Shown here: positions 12,616 to 41,810 of the stretch, one piece after another
How positions within the stretch are numbered: position 1 is the stretch's first letter
Layout: every line of letters starts with the position of its first letter
Assembly (NCBI GenBank): GCA_002269645.1
Contig: NIVC01000070.1
Span: 682,001-746,000, forward strand
Length of the DNA stretch: 64,000 nucleotides
Reading direction: 5' to 3'
Source: Macrostomum lignano
Lineage: Eukaryota
The notes under the pieces: generated by a model
What the model saw: only the letters and a program-made list of their open reading frames with translations
Told to the model about the DNA's origin: nothing
Database searches by the model: none
Program-made: the position numbers and the translations under genes

Positions 12616-13581
12616 ATGAGTCTATTGATTGTACTTTTGTTGAGCTGCACCCATGGTGTAATGGCGAATTTTGGACAATTTTGGCCAGGTGAGTTAGTGG
12701 CAGTGTCAGTTAGTGACAGTGTCAGTTAGTGGCAGTGTCAGTTAGTGGCAGTGTCAGTTAGTGGCAGTGTCAGTTAGTGGCAGTGTCAGTTAGTGGCAGT
12801 GTCAGTTAGTGACAGTGTCAGTTAGTGGCAGTGTCAGTTAGTGCCAGTCAGTGCCAGTCAGTGCCAGTCAGTGCCAGTCAGTGCCAGTCAGTGCCAGTCA
12901 GTGCCAGTCAGTGCCAGTCAGTGCCAGTCAGTGCCAGTCAGTGCCAGTCAGTGCCAGTCAGTGCCAGTCAGTGCCAGTCAGTGCCAGTCAGTGCCAGTCG
13001 TTGCCTTTCCAGACCAGCCGAGATTCGTGCTGCTGTCGGTCAGGAAGAGCGCCAGCACCCAGTTGCCAGGCGAACTGTATCTCCGCGGCCGAAGCACGGG
13101 CCACTGGGATCTGAGCTACAAAGACCTGCCAGGGGAATTCAGATCCCCCATGCTAGACAGAATCAATTCGTACGTGCAAAAGTTTCAAATTAGTAAATTT
13201 GTGGTCGAAATGCGATCCGACGGCAGGCGTGTGGCTGCGGCGGAGTTTCGAGTGCCAGACAATTTGATCACCATAAGCAACTGGTTTGCGTCAGAATGGC
13301 TGCTGTCAACTTATCCGTTCGAGATGCGTGATATGAATATTTCAAATTTTGGAATCGAAGGCCTTAAGACAACAAGTCGTACTAGAAGTTTCTACATTCA
13401 TGGTCCGCACGGCTTGTGCGTGAATGACTACGGCCTCTTGGGTGTCGCGGAGTCCCCGTTGGACAAGTGCAGTTGGGTGCGCCGCGGCTTTCCATCTCCA
13501 GTGTTTTATTACGCAAAATGGAACGGCACTTTCCAGAGTTCGGTTGGCTACGCTGACCAGCTTCTTGTTTACATGGAGTAG
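12616..13581 (+). CDS. Secreted uncharacterised protein, paralog B (213 aa, 2 exons)
   Basis: Exon 1 12616-12688 (73 nt, MSLLIVLLLSCTHGVMANFGQFWP, signal peptide, donor gtgagt). Exon 2 13013-13581 after ctttccag, phase 1. Same motif set as paralog A (FRSPMLD, SNWFASE, FGIEG, RSFYIHGPHGLCVNDYGLLGV, CSW, YYAK, ADQ). Confidence 0.85.
12705..12998. repeat. Intronic tandem repeats: 16-bp GTCAGTTAGTGGCAGT followed by 10-bp GTGCCAGTCA
   Basis: Directly visible. The N-terminal PVSASQCQSV repeats of ORF 12841-13581 are this intron, not protein. Confidence 0.95.
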
Positions 13582-13589
13582 CAAATATG

Positions 13590-15640
13590 ATCAACAACCG
13601 GTGCACCAACATCAGCTACTGATCAACAACCGGTGCACCAATATCAGCTACTGATCAACAACCGATGCACAAGCATCAGCTACTGATCAACAACCGATGC
13701 ACCAACATCAGCTACTGATCAACAACCGATGCACCAACATCAGCTACTGATCAACAACCGATGCACCAACATCAGCTACTGATCAACAACCGATGCACCA
13801 ACATCAGCTACTGATCAACAACCGATGCATCAACATCAGCTACTGATCAACAACCGATGCACAAGCATCAGCTACTGATCAACAACCGATGCACCAACAT
13901 CAGCTACTGATCAACAACCGATGCACCAACATCAGCTACTGATCAACAACCGATGCACAAGCATCAGCTACTGATCAACAACCGATGCACCAACATCAGC
14001 TACTGATCAACAACCGATGCACCAACATCAGCTACTGATCAACAACCGATGCACCAACATCAGCTACTGATCAACAACCGATGCACCAACATCAGCTACT
14101 GATCAACAACCGATGCATCAACATCAGCTACTGATCAACAACCGGTGCACCAACATCAGCTACTGATCAACAACCGATGCACAACATCAGCTACTGATCA
14201 ACAACCGGTGCACCAACATCAGGCACTGATCAACAACCGGTGCACCAACATCAGCTACTGATCAACAACCGATGCACCAACATCAGCTACTGATCAACAA
14301 CCGATGCACCAACATCAGCTACTGATCAACAACCGATGCACCAACATCAGCTACTGATCAACAACCGATGCATCAACATCAGCTACTGATCAACAACCGG
14401 TGCACCAACATCAGCTACTGATCAACAACCGATGCACCAACATCAGCTACTGATCAACAACCGATGCACCAACATCAGCTACTGATCAACAGCCGGTGCA
14501 CCAACATCAGGCACTGATCAACAACCGGTGCACCAACATCAGCTACTGATCAACAACCGATGCACCAAAATCAGCTACTGATCAACAACCGATGCATCAA
14601 CATCAGCTACTGATCAACAACCGGTGCACCAACATCAGCTACTGATCAACAACCGATGCATCAACATCAGCTACTGATCAACAACCGATGCACCAACATC
14701 AGCTACTGATCAACAACCGATGCATCAACATCAGCTACTGATCAACAACCGGTGCACCAACATCAGCTACTGATCAACAGCCGGTGCACCAACATCAGGC
14801 ACTGATCAACAACCGGTGCACCAACATCAGCTACTGATCAACAACCGATGCATCAACATCAGCTACTGATCAACAACCGGTGCACCAACATCAGCTACTG
14901 ATCAACAACCGATGCATCAACATCAGCTACTGATCAACAACCGGTGCACCAACATCAGCTACTGATCAACAGCCGGTGCACCAACATCAGGCACTGATCA
15001 ACAACCGGTGCACCAACATCAGGCACTGATCAACAACCGGTGCACCAAAATCAGCTACTGATCAACAACCGATGCATCAACATCAGCTACTGATCAACAA
15101 CCGGTGCACCAACATCAGCTACTGATCAACAACCGATGCACCAACATCAGCTACTGATCAACAACCGGTGCACCAACATCAGGCACTGATCAACAACCGG
15201 TGCACCAACATCAGCTACTGATCAACAACCGATGCACCAAAATCAGCTACTGATCAACAACCGATGCACCAACATCAGGCACTGATCAACAACCGATGCA
15301 TCAACATCAGCTACTGATCAACAACCGATGCACCAACATCAGCTACTGATCAACAACCGATGCACCAACATCAGCTACTGATCAACAACCGGTGCACCAA
15401 CATCAGCTACTGATCAAAAACCGGTGCACCAACATCAGCTACTGATCAACAACCGATGCACCAACATCAGCTACTGATCAACAACCGGTGCACCAACATC
15501 AGCTACTGATCAACAACCGATGCACCAAAATCAGCTACTGATCAACAACCGATGCACCAACATCAGGCACTGATCAACAACCGATGCATCAACATCAGCT
15601 ACTGATCAGCAACCAATGCGCAAGCATCAGCTACTGAACA
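13590..15640. repeat. Minisatellite, 32-bp unit TACTGATCAACAACCG(A/G)TGCACCAACATCAGC (~64 copies)
   Basis: Tandem array starting a few bases after the paralog B stop codon; no spacers. Confidence 0.97.
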
Positions 15641-16731
15641 ACCGATGCAAACACAACAACAATGTGCAAAACAAGCAATGTCTTCAGACCCCAACAGTTG
15701 CAAAGTATAATATCAGCAATTACTATTAGTTTCCGTAAACGTTTTCCCGAAAAATGTAATTAATTTTACTAACTTTGCACTGCAGTGTAATGCTCACCCA
15801 TAAATGCTTACAAATGCGTTTGTAGCAGCTGTGAACTTGGATTTCAATTAATCCAATCCAAATAATACGGGGCTCGTACGCGTACGAGTAACGGTGAATA
15901 ACTATTTACTTTTGAATAAAGGGGTATTATAGCAGCATAAAAATTTGGTGTTTGGTATATTTGGTATATTTGGTATATTTGGTAATAATTTAACTTGTAA
16001 CTTTCAAAAATTATTTGAGTTCGTGTTTTATTGGCACATATAATTTCTTTTCGCGGTACTTGTTACAGCTAGTAGGCATGAATGAAATTTTTAATTTTAA
16101 ATTAGTTTTCATGGAAAATTAGAGACATAAAATCCTAGTAGCGTGAGTTGAAAAATGAGCGTAGCTGTCTACATGCATCTGTCAGCGGTCTTATACGTGG
16201 TTGCTCCGTTCGAGTACTCCCATAATCCATAGCGAATTCCCATAGGCAACGATATAATTAGTCAAATTAACGCTAATCGACCAAAGCCGGCGAAAAAACG
16301 TGCATAAAAACGCTGCGTATGATATAGCTACAGTGATACGTCGCTCGAGTAAAAGGCGAGTACGTGCGTAAAAATAAGTGTACGCTCGTACACTTGAATG
16401 GCCTTTTAGCTGGCTACTGACTGCGCCTCGCCTCGCCGTTCCTATTTTCTGATTAACTAGCCGTGTTTTGTCTCCCATTCAGTCGCACAGCTTCTTCTCT
16501 CTGTTCGCTCTGTCTTCTGTCTCTCTACCCCCCACTCTGTCACCTCTCAGTCTCCAGGGTACTTGTTGACAACACAGCGCGGCGCGCTTATGTAGAAAAT
16601 ATAGAAATGAGCTTTCAGCAGCCTGTAAAAATGAGCAGCAGTAGCTTCATTCATACTATCCAGAGAATTTGGACTTGGGCAAATAAACGCCTCTTCCGAG
16701 CCGAAACCCCTACACAGATTTCCATTCGCGA

Positions 16732-17301
16732 ATGGCTTACGAGGAGGCCAACGAGCAGCTGGCCCGCCAGCTCATCAAGCGAGGCTACGCGCTCTACCAC
16801 CCGCTGCCGGTCTGGCCCGATCCCCGTCTCGACTCCGTCGAGGCGTTCGTCGAACGATTGAAAAGTCGCGTGCTGAAGTTGGTGGACGTGTTTCACTACC
16901 GACTGCCGCTCGGCCTTCGACTCTGCCGGGTTGGCATCGACCCATTCGCTGGTGGGCGATTTTACATCGATCGGCCGGCCACTTGGTGCCAGGACAATCT
17001 GGCCGCCAGCTACAGGGCTCACCTTGCCGATAACTACGCCGTACTCATCGCTATCGGAGTCCTGTCCCGCAGCTACCTGCCCGGCGATCTGCTCTACCTG
17101 GCCGATGGCGACGTTGAATGGGCGGCTGTCGAAGTGCAGCGTCGCTTGGCTCGCGAGTGCCAACGGTGCCCCCGCTGCGGCCCGCTGGTCGATTCTGTCT
17201 GGCACGGTGATCCCGCCGATGTTGGCCCGTTCGACGATCCACCGGCCAGGGCCTACCTGGTCTGTCTGGCGCTTAAACTGTCCAGGGATGGCGGCTGGTA
17301 G
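16732..17301 (+). CDS. Intronless 189-aa protein of unknown function
   Basis: ATG-to-TAG ORF, GC-rich with strongly G/C-ending codons inside AT-rich flanks, non-repetitive. CQRCPRC motif near the C-terminus. No family recognised. Confidence 0.65.
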   Translation: MAYEEANEQLARQLIKRGYALYHPLPVWPDPRLDSVEAFVERLKSRVLKLVDVFHYRLPLGLRLCRVGIDPFAGGRFYIDRPATWCQDNLAASYRAHLADNYAVLIAIGVLSRSYLPGDLLYLADGDVEWAAVEVQRRLARECQRCPRCGPLVDSVWHGDPADVGPFDDPPARAYLVCLALKLSRDGGW

Positions 17302-17404
17302 AGTCCGGAACTCAGGTGCACTGCCAGCTGCTGCTTGGAGTCAGGAATTTTTATTACTGTATCTTCGACTAATGTAAATTTGTTGTGATAGTGACCACAC
17401 CACA

Positions 17405-17625
<221 letters not shown>

Positions 17626-18976
17626 TCAATAATTATTGCGCTGAAGACTTTCATTTTTTATATATTATTATGGTTTAAATGACTTATTTTTGCGGCCTAT
17701 TTTTATTGTAGTGTTGGTTGTACTCTTAGAGTCAAGACAAAATCACAAGTAATATATAAACTAGTGCAGCGATTAATCATAATTTTAGAATTAGAATATC
17801 TTCAAATTTAGCATATTTTCAAATACTATCACGCGTCCATATCATAATTATAAGAATTAGTTTTGAATTCTTTCGCCGAAGTCCGTGAATTCATATTTTC
17901 AAATATTTTCCGTTTAACTTTCGTAAAAACCACAGCTAGTAAAAACTAGCGATTTCGTTTTGTAAAACGGCTCAGATTTTATTTGAAACATGGTTCATTA
18001 ATAAAAGTTGAGAAAGATTATTTACACTATTTCTAAAAGCATTAAAAAGAATTGTTTAACACATGTTAGTAATTAAAAATTTGAAATATTGTATTTTACA
18101 ATAAAAATGAAAGTGATAAAAACTATTGCTCCCGTGCAAGTTTCATCACGAGTTCTTGTAACTTGAAATTCTTGTTAAGAAACATTCTAAAACTGTGAAA
18201 ACATATAAATTACTTTATTAAGTTCTGAAATAGGAATAAAAAATCATTGAACAGCTCAGTCAGCATGCACTGGCACTGGATACACACTATACTATGAATT
18301 CGACAATGAAGTGACACTAGCTATATACATTTTGCTAAGAACATGATTATTTTGTTATAAATAATGCTAACTACTCGTAAAAACGGAAAAAAACATTTTC
18401 TAGCCAAAATCCTTGTCCAAACCTTGTCCAAAGCTAATTTCTACAGCTAATTTACTCAGCAAATAGCTACTAATAATTTATGAATATAAAAAAATGATAT
18501 ATTAGTGCTATTGTGTCAAATGGTACACTTTCATGAAACTATTTACATGCAATCATTCTCTACTCCTAAATTCGTCCTGCAAATAGTGTAATCAAAGCAT
18601 GCGTGCATGATCATAGAAGATACATATAGATATCTATTTAAAATTCTGGACAAAAACTGGCTATCTATATATACATAATTTATATATATAAACAATATTA
18701 AAGTAATAACAGCGAAAACTACGCAATGTTTACGTAAAGTCGACAGTAAAACAAAAACACGACACACTCGTATTTGTACTCGCATTGCAGTCCGAGAATA
18801 TTGAAAACCTGTTTTTAGAAAGAGGATAAGGGCGTATAGTCACTGCGATTACACCCAGTGTAAGCATGTGTATGTCTGTGCGTCTTCAAGTTGATAGAGG
18901 AAAAGGCATGACTGTTTGCCTTCTCGCAAGGCTCACAAGGCTTACAAAATCACCTTATAAGAATCAGAGCATCATA

Positions 18977-35666
<16,690 letters not shown>

Positions 35667-36466
35667 ATTCAGTCTAACGGGATTTTTTGCGTTTTTAACC
35701 TGAAATTATATATTTTTTTCTGGTTCTTGCGTGCACTATCCGGGCGACTTAGCAGAGACGCGATAATTTAAATATACCTAAAACGTTCATTAGTTAGTAA
35801 TTCAAACAAATTTCTATTTAATATGCAGAAAAAGTCTGGCATTATTATAGTACGTACAATTAAAACATGCCTGAAATATCAAAAGTTACATTATTTATAT
35901 TAGCTTGTAAGTCTTTTTGCTAAATATTTTTGATAAAAAACTTCGTGTAAATACGATTGACAATATCAGTATGATATATCCTTATTTCAAAAACACGAAT
36001 AAAAGATTTGTTAAGCTTTGAAACATGATTAATAGTAAAAAATAATCACAATGATTACATTATTATTAAAAAATATAAAATAGAATATAAAAATGTATAA
36101 AACATTTGTTATATAAGAAATCTAATAATAAATGACAGTTATAAAAGTAGGAAGCTTTGAATACGCAAGAAATTTCATTCCATTATATTTTAATTAGTGT
36201 TGCGCAATGACTATGTAGTTAAATATATGTGACTATATAGTTTTACTGAAATTGAAAGTGAACAGCTGAAATGCAGGAATATAGCTAGCCATGCCATGTA
36301 TAGATTTATTTCATTTTTATAGTGATGCATGTTGTGCCCTGGAACAACAGCAACAATAAGAAATTTCTGACTATCCGGCAAGTAGGCCGCGGGCAATGCA
36401 CTCTAACCCCTCCCCACCGCGTTTGCCTAACCGTCCCATTCTCCGGCCCTTGGCATGCCCAATTCT

Positions 36467-36554
36467 GATTGGCCTAGCCTATACTATCATGTATTTTTTA
36501 CCCTACGTTTGTTCTGATTGGCCAGCCGTGTTGAGACTATCAGTTATTGATTGG
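36467..36554 (-). promoter_or_regulatory. Cluster of three CCAAT boxes, candidate ERG promoter
   Basis: GATTGG at 36467, 36516 and 36549 on plus (CCAATC on minus), two as CTGATTGGCC. About 0.8 kb upstream of the ERG ATG; an acceptor ~35 nt before the ATG implies an upstream non-coding exon or trans-splicing. Confidence 0.4.
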
Positions 36555-37208
36555 TTGGGTATCAGGTCTGCTGATTAGAGTATTTTTGGCCAAATACCGG
36601 TATACATTTAAGTAAGTGAGGGAGAGGGCCGGGCACACGCCTAATTCTGACAGCGCAGACCAACATCTGGAATTTATGACATTCCAATCAATAACTATTT
36701 CAATAACAGCTAGCAGCTTTCTGTGACTCTACGCGCTCTCTCCCCTGCAAATTGATTGAAAGTGAGTCGCCTTAATTCCCGTGTTATTCATTTTCGGTAT
36801 TATGGCTCGGGAAGATACGGTTACGGGGACAAAATGACCTTTTGGTCACTCGACGGGGTTCCTCGTTGCGAAGTCAGTCAGGCAAGCAGGCTGACGCAAT
36901 CGCAGGCTCGTCCGCTAGGAGAATTAGAGCTATGCATGTATCTGATAGTAGATGTTAGAATCACAACAGGTGCCAAGCGTTCGTAGATGTTTCAACCGCT
37001 GATGCCAACGTACGAACTACGAACTACTTGTACATTCATGAAATCTTGACTTTAGCATCCTCAAGTAGTTGAGCTGACATGCGCCCACCTAAGCACACGC
37101 TTACACATATTCATTGAGGGTGTGCAATTGACCTGACTTTCTCATTGACAGGCATATAATGTATAAATGTACACACTTCGCGACCTGGAAAATTTTCTTC
37201 GTGGGCCA

Positions 37209-37241
<33 letters not shown>

Positions 37242-39004
37242 TCAATGTGTTCCGCCCCTCTGTGAGTACACCCAGTTTAAGTGCGTGCTCTCGCTTGCAT
37301 GTACATGTGCAATTTAGATAATAGCTAGTTGGAATGTCACCGCCAAACCACTAACCTTTACACATGGTACATAATAATTGAGCTGCATGCTAACTCACCC
37401 AGCCTTCAACTGATCACTGCTGCTCAAACGAGTCAGTTTGCTTGGACGAGGAACAAAATGGTTGCTCCCTGACAATGAGTTTATAGTATATATTTTGGCA
37501 GACGATCGACCAATAATTAAACAATTATACATCGGCCTAAGCAAAGCTGTAAGTCTGATCATTTAGTCATGTGCATGTTCTACGAATTCGAATTCAATGA
37601 AAAATATTTTTTAAACATTTTCTGCATTCGCTGGAACCAGGCGCTGCAATTCAGTCTCTCCATTCATTCATTCATCGGAAAGAATTTAGCGTTTCTAACT
37701 AACTAAATAAGTAATACGGCGCCTCAGCCATTGAGCAGGCTCTTACGCCACTAGAGAAATATTTGAGTTCCAGATAGGGAGTGTACTTATGTACACTAAA
37801 AGCCAAGTTAGACTATAGAGGACTGTACAGGGCAGAATCATAAAAACCAAACCTCCCCGGGGGACAGTGACAGCGGTTCGACGAACCAGTCAGGAGCCCG
37901 TGCCCAAAACCAGGTTAGATAGACCCCTTAGCCTATTAGGGATGGCCCGAAGGCCTAGAGCCGTGGCAACCATGCTGGGGCCGACCGCCCACCACCCCCG
38001 GGTACAATTCATAAACCTCCCCGGGGCCAGAGGGGGTTGAGTGAACCAATCAGGGAAGCCCGTGCCTTCTCCAGGGTTAGATAAGCCAAAAAACCGGTCA
38101 ATTGACCGCCCCCCACGGCCGTGGCCACCCGAAGGAGCCTCCCCCCCAACTAAACCCCGGGTACTCTTGCCAGACAGTCTCTTATCTTTGAAGCGGCAGG
38201 AGGGCTATTCGCCGGGACTATTTCACCCTTTGCTTCGCCAACCCGCCATTTCTATAGTGACCGTGCCAACGGTCTCGTCCTGCTCAGACTCAGTCCTGGT
38301 TCTGGCACACTCCAGCTTTAATAGGGTCGCTGGCTGTACGCTCAGAGGGCGCCTGAGGGATACCGTCAGAGCACCTTGGTACAGGTATAGGCCTGCCTTC
38401 CTATACAGCTACCCACAGCCCTTCCCGATCCACTATTACCCTCCAACCTAGCCTACTCACTCATTACAAGCTTTCAGCCAGGCAGAGACAAGTTTCACAG
38501 GAGTGACTGCGGTTAGGCGTCTCTATGCGAGACAAAACCAGGAAAGAATTTAGCGTTTCAGCCCCTAAACGGGGCTCTTGGGCTAAGCAATCTACAAAGC
38601 CTTAACGAACCTATTTACAGACATTATCGCAGCTTTAAACTACTATCAGTAGCGTAAAGCAAGTTCAGTATAAACTTACTATGCCCTACTGCAAAAGCAA
38701 TACAAATGAACAGTTACGCGGTCAAGCCACTACACTATTTATAGTCTGTTTCGCTCACGCAACCCCTCCCTCCAACCTAGTCAGCAGTTCTCAGACTTTG
38801 TAGGTTCCCAACCAGACTCCTTTTAATTAATCGGAGTGGACTTGACAAAGCCCCGGTTGATGCCCTGCGGGCGCTTGGTTTTTACAAAGCACATGAATTC
38901 AAAAGGTTTCTGTTGATCGACAAAGAGACAGGGCAGGGGCAGGGACACAGGGAATGGTGTGGTGTCCATCTTGGGCACACGCAATCGTGCACATGAGTCT
39001 AAGG

Positions 39005-39991
39005 CAGGAGTCGGCAAACTCCCCTGCCATCTTCATCTTCAAGTCCGGCCCGCAGTACTCTTACTATCTAACAATGTATTCAATAAAAGTGGCCCGCGAA
39101 CCAATTTTGTGTTGAAACATTCAACTTTACAAGCAAAATTAGCTTTCACCCCGTCATTCCTGCGTCAATCTTAACTGGCGGGGTTGTTTGTTGTATTTGG
39201 TCTATCATCTAAAATTGTCGGCTATCCTATAGAATCGTTCCTTGAATTATTTTTTCGCTTGAATTCGTTTCCTTTTTTTATTTTAGAGTCCAAAAATGTT
39301 AAACAAGTGAACGAATTAACAGTTTAACATGTTCTGGCAGCTAAATTGCTTGTTATAGTCAATTGTCACATCACGACACGAGGGTACTACTTTAATGTTG
39401 GGTAATAGTGTGACTGGGTGGGTAATTTTATCCACACATCTCTCCATATTTGAGTTTTTGCGCTGATTTCAAGAGTTATAAAAATAGTATCAGTTTTGTG
39501 CACGCAAAGCATGAAAATATGGTCTATGGTAAAAAAACTGTGACAGTGCGCGGGGAGTGACCTTAAAGGGAGATGCGTTTAAGATTGAAAAATTAGCTGC
39601 CGAGCTGCCAATACTGGGATTCAAGTCAAACCATTGCTTAATTTTCTGATTTTGGACTACTACTCCCTGGATAGACGACCATGCAGCGGCCTCAGGTTGG
39701 ATTGTGCCTGTTTAACTTTTAAGTAGTACCCTCGTGTCGCGATGTGGCGGTTGACTATAACAAACAATTTAGCTGCCAGTACATGTTAAACTGTTAATTC
39801 GTTCACTTGTTTCATATTTTTGGACTCTAAAAATAGAAAGGAATCAAACTCAAGCGAAAAAATAATTTAATGAATGATTCTACAGGATACCAAATGGTCA
39901 TTTAGCCTCAATTTGTTGTGCATTTTTCTGGCCCGCCCCCTTCAACCAGTCTTCCAATCCGGCCCGCACTGGAAAAGTTTGCCGACCCCTG
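39005..39991. mobile_element. Non-autonomous hAT (Charlie-like) element, 987 bp, with a large internal palindrome
   Basis: TIRs CAGGAGTCGGCAAACT / AGTTTGCCGACCCCTG. Perfect 8-bp TSD GTCTAAGG (38997-39004, 39992-39999). Internal inverted arms at ~39222-39395 and ~39717-39890. Confidence 0.9.
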
Positions 39992-40544
39992 GTCTAAGGG
40001 GTGAGCGCAGCAGGATCGACTGTTGTCGCCTTCTTGAAGTGCTGCAGTGACAAAGTCGCATTTAAATTTCATACCACAACTTGATCCCATGCATAATCAA
40101 GTAAATTGTTGCCGTAGGCTCCGAGTCACTAAACATTGTGGTGACTGCTCTAACCAGACTCTCGCAACATACCCTCCCTAGCCCTAACTTGAAAAATACG
40201 CGAAAGTTTTGATGAAAAGCGAAAAACATATCAGCACTGAATCATCCAATTTTCATACTCCTTCCTGTCTCTTTGTGAATTAACAAAAGACTTGGAAATT
40301 AGAGTTGCATTGTAAAGGCAACGGCCCGCAGGCCCTCAGTAGGTTTTGTAAATTTCACTCCGATTAATTAAAAGAGAAGCTAATTTTAACAACCATCATC
40401 AACAAAATCAAAAGATATCATATGGGCCAGCTCATTTGAGTCTCCTAAACATCAGGGATAATTCGGTCTCTCATAGAATAAGCAAAGACGTTTATTGACG
40501 AAGAATACTTCAATATCAGAGCAGTTTTGATTGATCCTCAGAAA

Positions 40545-41810
40545 CATTGGAGTGAGATGGGTGTCTATGGAGGGAGGTGGTGTGTATGGAGTGAGATGGG
40601 TGTCTATGGAGGGAGGTGGTGTGTATGGAGTGAGATGGGTGTCTATGGAGGGAGGTGGTGTGTATGGAGTGAGATGGGTGTCTATGGAGGGAGGTGGTGT
40701 GTATGGAGTGAGATGGGTGTCTATGGAGGGAGGTGGTGTGTATGGAGTGAGATGGGTGTCTATGGAGGGAGGTGGTGTGTATGGAGTGAGATGGGTGTCT
40801 ATGGAGGGAGGTGGTGTGTATGGAGTGAGATGGGTGTCTATGGAGGGAGGTGGTGTGTATGGAGTGAGATGAGTGTCTATGGAGGGAGGTGGTGTGTATG
40901 GAGTGAGATGGGTGTGTATGGAGGGAGGTGGTGTGTATGGAGTGAGATGGGTGTCTATGGAGGGAGGTGGTGTGTATGGAGTGAGATGGGTGTCTATGGA
41001 GGGAGGTGGTGTGTATGGAGTGAGATGGGTGTCTATGGAGGGAGGTGGTGTGTATGGAGTGAGATGGGTGTCTATGGAGGGAGGTGGTGTGTATGGAGTG
41101 AGATGGGTGTCTATGGAGGGAGGTGGTGTGTATGGAGTGAGATGAGTGTCTATGGAGGGAGGTGGTGTGTATGGAGTGAGATGGGTGTGTATGGAGGGAG
41201 GTGGTGTGTATGGAGTGAGATGGGTGTCTATGGAGGGAGGTGGTGTGTATGGAGTGAGATGGGTGTCTATGGAGGGAGGTGGTGTGTATGGAGTGAGATG
41301 GGTGTCTATGGAGGGAGGTGGTGTGTATGGAGTGAGATGGGTGTCTATGGAGGGAGGTGGGTGTGTATAGAGTGAGATGGGTGTCTATGGAGGGAGGTGG
41401 GTGTGTATGGATTGAGATGGGTGTCTATGGAGGGAGGTGGTGTGTATGGAGTGAGATGGGTGTCTATGGAGGGAGGTGGTGTGTATGGAGTGAGATGGGT
41501 GTCTATGGAGGGAGGTGGTGTGTATGGAGTGAGATGGGTGTCTATGAGGGAGTGGGTGTGTATGGAGTGAGATGGGTGTCTATGGAGGGAGTGGGTGTGT
41601 ATGGAGTGAGATGGGTGTCTATGAGGGAGTGGGTGTGTATGGAGTGAGATGGGTGTCTATGGAGGGAGGTGGGAGTGTATGGATTGAGATGGGTGTCTAT
41701 GGAGGGAGGTGGTGTGTATAGAGTGAGATGGGTGTGCATGGAGTGAGATTTGTGTGTATGGAGAGAGGTGGGTGTGTATGGAGTGAGATGGGGTGTATAT
41801 GGAGTGTGGT
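40545..41810. repeat. Minisatellite, 39-bp unit GAGTGAGATGGGTGTCTATGGAGGGAGGTGGTGTGTATG
   Basis: Tandem array; source of the GGRWCVWSEMGVY pseudo-ORFs. Confidence 0.97.

Noticed and set aside
13590-15640. CRISPR-like appearance (32-bp repeats with an internal palindrome)
   Set aside because: No unique spacers, no cas genes, eukaryotic context.
16651-17377. Overlapping ORFs 16651-17205 (-), 16931-17377 (+) and 17051-17242 (-)
   Set aside because: Shadow frames of the GC-rich 16732-17301 ORF.
40527-41739. Trp/Gly-rich repeat ORFs
   Set aside because: 39-bp minisatellite, open in several frames because the unit has no stop.
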